From Phaeosaccion multiseriatum (taxonomy: Eukaryota; Protista; Ochrophyta, other classes): a stretch of DNA of 64,000 nt. The notes beneath the pieces are model-generated. The model ran no database searches. It had not been told where the DNA came from and saw nothing but the letters and a program-made list of their open reading frames with translations. The stretch's first letter is position 1; each line of letters starts with the position of its first letter. Below, piece by piece: positions 57,015-64,000 of the stretch. The DNA is taken from positions 3,596,001 through 3,660,000 of the forward strand of contig OZ218952.1 of NCBI GenBank assembly GCA_965112735.1, read 5' to 3'. The position numbers were made by a program, and so were the translations under genes.

Positions 57015-59906
57015 GAGAGAGGGGCAGTCGGTCAGTCATGTCGCGGGGGCACGTGCAGAGGTTCGAAGGGCACAGGCAGAGCGCCGCATGACAGAGAGGG
57101 GTCGGAACCACCTCCTGCAACCCTGCTGCGCACACCCACACACACACATACACATACACACACGTACAAGTGCTAATAGTGTTCGACTCACTGACTTATA
57201 AACTGCACAAGGACATTGCCTCACTGACTTTGTACCTTACCGGTTTCTAGTGCGGGCTGATCCAGATAGATGTCGTCCCTACGCAGTCCCATTGCGTGGC
57301 CCACGAAAGACTTTTGAAATTCGATATGAGAAGGAACAAGAGACAGACAGAAATTGAGTGAAGTGTCCCTGAGTTCTTCTGTGACTTGCATACGACCAAC
57401 GTATGTACACACACACATACATACATACATACATACATACATACATACACACACATACATACATACATACATACATACATACATACATACATACGTACAC
57501 ACCTGAGTGTCATCGACGAGGCCGAAGTGCGAGAAGAGCTCCTTCATTGTCATGCGGTCCAGGGCAAGGCCTTCGAAAGTCGCCGGCTGTGAGAGACATT
57601 TGGTTTACAGGCCATTGTACAAGATGGGATAAGCGACGTGAGAAGAGAAGAGATTTGGCGAGGCACACAGAGAGAGAGAGAGAGAGGGAGAGCAAGAGCA
57701 AGAGAGAGAGAGAGAGACGGACAGAAGAGAGAGCGCTAGCGAGCGAGACCAACTAACAACTAACAACTAACAACGAACGAACGAACGAGCGAATGAACAA
57801 CACAACACGTACATTGGCCTTGTCATACTGGTTTAGGTAGATGAGGAACTTTCTGAAACGCCTCTTCTCAAACATGCCCATGAGGGAGGAGCGCACCGCC
57901 TCCTCGGGGGTGGCCGGCACCTTGAGAATCTTCGCGTCTTTGGACACGTAAGAGCCGTCCACGTTCTTGAACTCCAGGTACCGGGTTACCTAAGTTTCAG
58001 GATGGGGAGAGAGAGGGAGACGGAGGGTGGGGAAGGAGGGAGAGAGGGGAGGGTGAGGAAGAAGGGAGGGAGACCACTCACACAGTCCGTCCACTGCCAT
58101 CCACCCACACCCACCTTGGTGATGAGCAGCATCTTGACGAGGTTTCCGCACGCCATGATGAACTTGGGGATGAGGTCGACATTGTAGTCCCTGGTGGGGT
58201 GGCCAAGGCTCTCCTTTGGCTTGGTGCCGGGGCGGAATTTGTCGTAGAGGTTGGTGAGGTTGAGGGAGGCACAGTCCCCTCCATAGTAGTTGTTGCGGTC
58301 CACATGCAGGATCTGCTTGTTGTGTGGTGTGTGTGTGTGTGTGCGTGAGGGGGGGGATGGGTGGCGCGTGGATGTGGTTGGTTGGTAAGGGTGGAGGGGG
58401 AGGGAGGGAGGGAGGGAGGGAGGAAGGGAGGGAGAAGGAGAGGGAGGGAGGGAGAGAGAAGGAGAGGGAGAGACGGAGAGAGAGGAGGGATTAGAGTCTG
58501 GATGAGGCCCAACGTAGATATTTGAGAAGAGGAGCGGGAGGTCCCTTGGATGCATACATGCATGTGGTGACCTTGTCGAGGACGAAGCGCAAGGCCTTCA
58601 GAAGGTAGGAACGGATCCTTCTCTGTTCCTGAATTGAGGCGGGGGCGTGACCCCCCACCCCCCCCTCCAGTCCAGCCTTGCCTCTCTGTGAGCGTTCTGC
58701 TCCGCTTTCTTTCCCTTCTCTGCCTTGCGCGTCGTCCTTCCTCCTTCCTCACATCTCCTGTGGTGTACAAGGAAGAGCTTCAAGGGACAGAAGCATCCAG
58801 CCCCGCCCACCCCACCCCGGCTTCACTGCGCTGCCCTGTGCGTCCTTCCCTTCCCGATGTCCCAATTGCGTGTATGTCGTCGCTCCGCCTCTTCTCTCCA
58901 GACGTCTCCTTCTCTCAAGTCAGTAAGGATTGACCTCAAAAGAATGAAGGAGAGGAACCCTGCCGAATTGAAGTGAACCTCTCCTCTCGCGGACATATCT
59001 ACTGCTCCACACAGTCCTCTCCTTTCATATTTCACTCGTCCTGTCACACAGTTTCACTCGTCCTGTCATACGTTTCATTCGTCCTGTCCTGCGTGTCTTG
59101 TCTTGCCTCGTCTCGCACTTTGTGTAGTCTGCCCCCCCCCCCTCCCTCCTGTTACTCGCCCTTCCCGAATACCCGCTGCACACTCATCTTGCCGCAGCCA
59201 CCCATGCCAACCCCCCCCCCCTCGGCACACCATCGTAGAGACACGATGTCACATGACATGACATCCACTCCACCCTCTCCAACTCATCTGGTTTCGCTAG
59301 AAAAGAAGCGCGTGCGACACCATATCAGACCCGAGCGACTTACTGAGCTTGCTTCACTTCACTCAGTCCAAGCCGAATTTCTCATTACCTTCATGCCTAG
59401 CGTAGAGAGCAGTCCCGAAATGACCGCCTCCTTGAGACCTGTGCCCATCACGATGGCGTCGTACTCTCCATCAGCAAGGGCCTCGCACCCTTCCGGCAGC
59501 CAGGCCAGAGAAGGAGGGGCCTCCTCCTAGAGAGGGGACGAGAAGGGACGGTGCGGATGGGAGGGTGTGGATATTGGGGGAGGGGGGGGCGGATTGAGGA
59601 GAAAGCGTGTTTTTTGTCTGGACCAACCGATCCCAGTAAGTGTGTTCTGCTTTCCACAATGTCCTACTTCAATAACTATAAAGTTATCTCTACGGAGACA
59701 CCCAACTCTTGGTGAAGACGGCACGTGGAAGGCCGCTTGACCCTAGAACGTGCGCCAGTTCAGCAGCGAAACGAGGCCAGAGAGCTACATTTGGAGGATT
59801 CCTGTCACAGGACCAATCTCGGCTCCACTCTACTCACACACATGACAATACTGACCTTCCCCTCGCCTGTACCCTCTCCTGTGGGCGTCTTTCCTTCCTC
59901 GGCCAT
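54407..59906 (-). CDS. GDI1: Rab GDP-dissociation inhibitor
   Basis: 12 exons: 59906-59856, 59526-59389, 58312-58115, 57989-57813, 57586-57503, 57310-57241, 56814-56663, 56291-56172, 55829-55725, 55153-55016, 54873-54764 and 54515-54407. Motifs: [82 protein letters not shown]. Confidence 0.97.
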
Positions 59907-60170
59907 GGTTGCTCTTGTGAGACTTGTTCACGGACCAGTGGGTACAAAAAATCGCCCCTCTCCCTTTCTATATACGAAGACCCTCGAGACAAAGCACAAC
60001 TCAAGCTGTGTGGATACTTGAGCAAGAGACAAAGTAAGAGAAGGTAAAGGGAGAATGAGAAGAAGAGGGGAATCCGAGTATCGACTCCCCGAGGGGGTCA
60101 GTATTTCCACGCCTGGATGGACGAGTACTTCCACCTCGTGAAACAATTCAAACAAATGCCGCAATAATAC

Positions 60171-63011
60171 ATGTCAGCATCCATGGCTGACGGAAGCACC
60201 CTGGCACGTCGCAGCGGAGCTACTACCGCAGCGCCAGTGCGGGCAGAAGCGGGGGAGGGGGGGCTGCAGGAGGAGGAGGAGAAGAGGGAGGAGGAGGAGG
60301 AGGAGGAGGAGGAGCAGGAGCAGGAGGAGCAGGTGGAGGGGGAGCAGCAGCAGGAGGAAGAGAAGGAGGACGGGGTTCGATCTCCTCACGAACCCTATGC
60401 CCCAGAGCTGAGTCGGCGGTTTATTCCATCTACCAGAAACAAATTGAAAAGATCCGCCGTCTGGACCCATTGCTATTTGATGCTCCCAAATCATCCTCTG
60501 GCGAAAGGGCCTGAGGGCGTGGAGAAGAACTTTATTTGCCGCGTCCAGCTCAAAGACGCAGACGGCGTGGTGATCGGGGAATGCAACAAGGCGCTTCGTT
60601 TGACACCGACCGGCCGCTCTTACCAGACGGGGAAAGCCATCGCCCACCTATCTGAGTCGCACCCAGAGACGTCCGTCGCTGCAGTTGCTGTTGCAAAGCC
60701 CGACGCGGGGAAGCAGATGGACATACGGACGTCTTTGGCAGTCACCTCCGGCAGCACAACGGGGTTCATAGCCAAGCAGCGCGCGCTCGTGACGCAGTGT
60801 CAATGGTATGTCTACTCGCAGCAGTGCATCTCTAAGAGGACCTTGGAAGACCCGTACTTCAGAGCCATGCTGAATGGTGTGTGCACACGGAAGCATGGTG
60901 AAGTGGCGCATTGCTTGAATGGGCAGAATCTGGGGAAGTTTGTGGAGGCTGAGTTTGGCGTCTTCGTCCTCTTCCTCAAGGAGATTCTCTCTGCGACGCG
61001 AGAGAGTCACTTTGGGAACCAGTTTGCCCAAGCCCTGCACGACAGTGGAACGCTTGCTTCGGGCCAGAAGTACCAAGCGTTGGGTCTCCAGCATATTACT
61101 CCCGACTATTCGAAGAATCTCCTCATCTGCGTTGGGTTCCCAACCTCGCCTGCCCACTGTTCCGATGTCAATACTGTGGCAAACCAGTTCAAGGAGGTTG
61201 TTAGGGAGCGAGGCGGTGTCAAGCTCGAGGACGTGCTGATCGGTGCTATACAAGATGGGGCGGCACTTGGTGTGGCCACCGAGCTGGGGCAGGAAGAGCA
61301 CACGTGCTTAATGCATGCAGGTGACAAGGTGAGCTCGGGCGTGGGCGTTAATAGTGTGAGGAGGGGTGTGTGTGGGGGGGGGGTGAAGCGGATAAAGTTC
61401 CCCTTACTAAAGTTGTCTGGCTGCCCGCTCCCCCCCCCCCCCCCCCTGTCCCCATTAACGAGTCTGCCCTCCCCCTTCCCTTCTTTCCTTCTCTCTCATG
61501 CCATTGCTCAGGTCGGCTCGTCTGCCGTGGGCAATCTGGTGCGCTCAAGGAACAAGATTACGGTCAATCCGTTCCCGGGGGGGCAGGCTCTCCTCAAGCG
61601 AGCCCGGGCAGTGGCCAAGCTGTTTTCTTACAACGCCCGTCTGGAGGAACTGTGGGCGATCTGCAGGAGGGTCAAGGTCAACGACAAGATCAAGCCAAAA
61701 CTGAACCCCAACACAACTCGCGTCGCATATTTCCACTCTCTTCTGTACTCGCTCCTGCGGCAGTGGAAAGCCCATCGCGTGTACATGGATGAGAAGGGAG
61801 TCCCAGAGGGGGCCAGACTGACCGACGAGCAATGGAGCCAGCTGAAGGAGATGGAGGCAGTGCTGGACGTGACGCGGAAGCTCACAGTCATTGCACAGAA
61901 CGAGAATGCTTACACCGAAGCATACGCCCCTCTTGTGAAGACCCAGATGCTCGACGCCTTGCGAGCCGACAGCATGGAGTGCATCGATCTGGCGGCAGTG
62001 GGAGAGAAGAGACCTGAGCGGATTCTTGTGGCCGTGGCGGATTTCAGTGGCGTAGGCAAGACCTGCCGGGCCAGAGCGCTGCGGGAGGCAGTGCGGCGCT
62101 TTGGACAAGATGGCGCGGCGGCGCTCCCTGACCGGATGCCGGGTGATGCGCCCCTTCAAGCAGTACTGGAGAGGGAAGAGAAGGTGATGCAGGAGGCTGT
62201 TGTCTCTATGTCTGCAAACGAGCGTGTTGCTGCCCTGCTCGACCTTCGTCTGGTGCAGTCATCTTTGATGACGCCCGAGCAGCGAAGGCTCGGTCTGGAT
62301 GACTTCCTCGCGGGCTACGCCGAGTATGCCTTTACGGCAGAGAAGTACTTGGAGGACAAGGCAGAAGCAAAGGCGGCGGGAAGGGCGGTGGAGCAGGCAG
62401 TGGATGGAGCCGGGGGGGCGCCGCCGCGGAAGCGGGCCAAGCCCCTGCCTGACTTTTTCGGTGATGGGGAGGACGACGACAATGATGGCGAGATGGAAGC
62501 GCCGGTGCTGACCAGGGAGGAGAAGGACGCAGCCCTTTTCGCAAAGTGTGAAGCAGAGGCTAGGAGGGTCCACAAGCGCTTCAGAAGAATGGCCTCTGGG
62601 TTTGATTGGGCAGCCGAGTTTCCAGAGGAGTGTCGCAAGGGGGGAGCTTTGGACGTGGACGAGATTGAGGACCTTGACGCCATCGATAATTTGCTCTCTC
62701 TTGATGTGATGAAGGTGTACAAGCGTATGGCGGAGAAGAAGGACGAGTACGGCTGGATTCCGGCGATGGCGAGGGCCCGCTTGGGCAGTGTCATGGCTGA
62801 AAGCTTTTGCGAGCGTGTACGCTCCTGTGCTTACAATGTTGTTACGGAGGGTAACTCGCTGCTCAACGCGAAGCAGGTGGAGATGGTGTGTGTACTGCGC
62901 ATGAACAGAGACTTTATGGAGTACATGAGGACAGAGTATCGGGCGGGGGACCATGCGTGGAAGACTTGGGTGTCGGGAGCTGATCTTAAGGCCAGGGTGA
63001 TCACTCACTAA
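60171..63011 (+). CDS. hAT-superfamily transposase with BED zinc finger (active element or domesticated ZBED-like gene)
   Basis: BED: RSAVWTHC..FICR..C..AIAHL..SHP. Catalytic-like HDSGT, QDGA, CLMH (CxxH), NTTRV and SFCERVRS. C-terminal dimerisation-like VEMVCVLRMN. Probable 183-bp intron at 61329-61511. Confidence 0.85.
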   Translation: MSASMADGSTLARRSGATTAAPVRAEAGEGGLQEEEEKREEEEEEEEEQEQEEQVEGEQQQEEEKEDGVRSPHEPYAPELSRRFIPSTRNKLKRSAVWTHCYLMLPNHPLAKGPEGVEKNFICRVQLKDADGVVIGECNKALRLTPTGRSYQTGKAIAHLSESHPETSVAAVAVAKPDAGKQMDIRTSLAVTSGSTTGFIAKQRALVTQCQWYVYSQQCISKRTLEDPYFRAMLNGVCTRKHGEVAHCLNGQNLGKFVEAEFGVFVLFLKEILSATRESHFGNQFAQALHDSGTLASGQKYQALGLQHITPDYSKNLLICVGFPTSPAHCSDVNTVANQFKEVVRERGGVKLEDVLIGAIQDGAALGVATELGQEEHTCLMHAGDKVSSGVGVNSVRRGVCGGGVKRIKFPLLKLSGCPLPPPPPLSPLTSLPSPFPSFLLSHAIAQVGSSAVGNLVRSRNKITVNPFPGGQALLKRARAVAKLFSYNARLEELWAICRRVKVNDKIKPKLNPNTTRVAYFHSLLYSLLRQWKAHRVYMDEKGVPEGARLTDEQWSQLKEMEAVLDVTRKLTVIAQNENAYTEAYAPLVKTQMLDALRADSMECIDLAAVGEKRPERILVAVADFSGVGKTCRARALREAVRRFGQDGAAALPDRMPGDAPLQAVLEREEKVMQEAVVSMSANERVAALLDLRLVQSSLMTPEQRRLGLDDFLAGYAEYAFTAEKYLEDKAEAKAAGRAVEQAVDGAGGAPPRKRAKPLPDFFGDGEDDDNDGEMEAPVLTREEKDAALFAKCEAEARRVHKRFRRMASGFDWAAEFPEECRKGGALDVDEIEDLDAIDNLLSLDVMKVYKRMAEKKDEYGWIPAMARARLGSVMAESFCERVRSCAYNVVTEGNSLLNAKQVEMVCVLRMNRDFMEYMRTEYRAGDHAWKTWVSGADLKARVITH

Positions 63012-63336
63012 TGTATGATCGAATCACATGGGCGGGCGAGCGGGTCATGACAAGATCATGCAGATCATGGATCAGATCATGGATCAGATCACGGGCAGGG
63101 ACCAGCAGCAGGATCGGATCATGGGCGAGTTGCTCACATCACACCTGTCACTTTGGGTGGATCACCCACAACAATCATAATATAGATTGTCGTGTTAAGA
63201 GATCGGTGGGCGGCCCAAAAAGAGAGATCGATATCTAAAATTCGATTATCGACATCGATTTCTCTTCCCTTTTCTAATTTTTTTTTTTTTATTTTCGCCC
63301 CCTGCTCCCCTCCTCCTTCCGTGTACGGGCCCAACC

Positions 63337-63905
63337 ATGTTGAGAGCAGCGAAGCTGATCACCGCTGCAGGTGGGGCATATGTGTCAACCCAGGTGAGGG
63401 GCTTGCTCCATTGTAGAGAGTGCAGCTGTTCGAGAAACTAACTACCTCTGCTTCAACCGTAGGCCTGGAAAGGGGACAAGAAGCTAGCGGAGGTGCTCGG
63501 GCCATGCGGGAAGCAGATCTATTGGGATCCTTTTGAGGATGTGTGCCAAGAAGGAGGCGAAGAAAAGGGAGGATTGGCACCAGCGACAGCAACGACAACA
63601 GCTATGAAGCCAAAGGCGATTGTTGTCGGCGCTGGTGTGGTGGGCACATCCACAGCCTATGCTCTTGCAGCGCGAGGCTATCGGGTCGTTGTGTTGGAAA
63701 GCGGACGAGCGGAAGGTGAAGAATGGTGAGGCAAAGGGAAGGAGGGGAAGGGAAGAGGAAGGAGGAGGGAAGGAGCATTTTTAATATTTCTTCCTCATTG
63801 TTCTCAGCTCCGCAGTTGCGGCCGGAGGCATGCAGGTGTCCAACCCGGTGGTGGACCCTTCTGCTTGGAGAGCCGTCGTTTCGAACATGTTCACGCGCCC
63901 TGAAG
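63337..63905 (+). CDS. FAD-dependent oxidoreductase, DAO/DadA family; 5' part only, continues past the window
   Basis: Exons 63337-63393, 63463-63725 and 63808-63905. KAIVVGAGVVGTSTAYALAARGYRVVVLE (GxGxxG) is followed by ECSAVAAGGMQ. Confidence 0.8.
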
Positions 63906-64000
63906 GTATGAACGATACATCAATCAAAGCTCTTCCCTCTTTTCACTCTAAGTCTTGCACCAGAACCTCTGACTGACTCCCCGCCTGTCTGTCTATGTGC

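Noticed and set aside
59952-63303. TCGCCCC at both sides of the hAT ORF as a target-site duplication
   Set aside because: Only 7 bp match and the adjacent sequences are not inverted repeats.

Overview
Eukaryotic nuclear DNA, GC-rich and intron-rich (GT-AG), with microsatellite-filled introns. It is most likely a stramenopile/ochrophyte alga; this is inferred from the Rab-GDI N-terminus style and gene architecture. Gene order: partial gene (-); IPUT1-like GT8 glycosyltransferase (-); TPR-dsRBD-2xR3H protein (+); intronless ankyrin gene (+); ABHD/YheT hydrolase (-); PIG-H (+); secreted GSDH-PKD-FN3-Cys-repeat-C-type-lectin protein (-); intronless PPR-Smr gene (+); giant low-complexity protein (-); SLX1 (+); Rab GDI (-); hAT/BED transposase (+); DAO-family oxidoreductase (+, partial). 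Genes mostly form head-to-head pairs with short spacers, while the 3' spacers hold gene fragments, MITEs and minisatellites. The strongest signals are: (1) a dispersed 15-bp motif CAGTTGGTGATACAG, usually embedded in CAG tracts, found on both strands in exons (read in three different frames/orientations), introns and intergenic DNA; (2) a TALE-like PPR-Smr gene whose near-identical 105-bp repeats vary at the RNA-recognition code positions, paralleled by a DARPin-like ankyrin array, each with a truncated paralogue in the window; (3) an unusual TPR+dsRBD+R3H+R3H protein built by exon-intron duplication. Exon boundaries were read by eye and no database searches were run.
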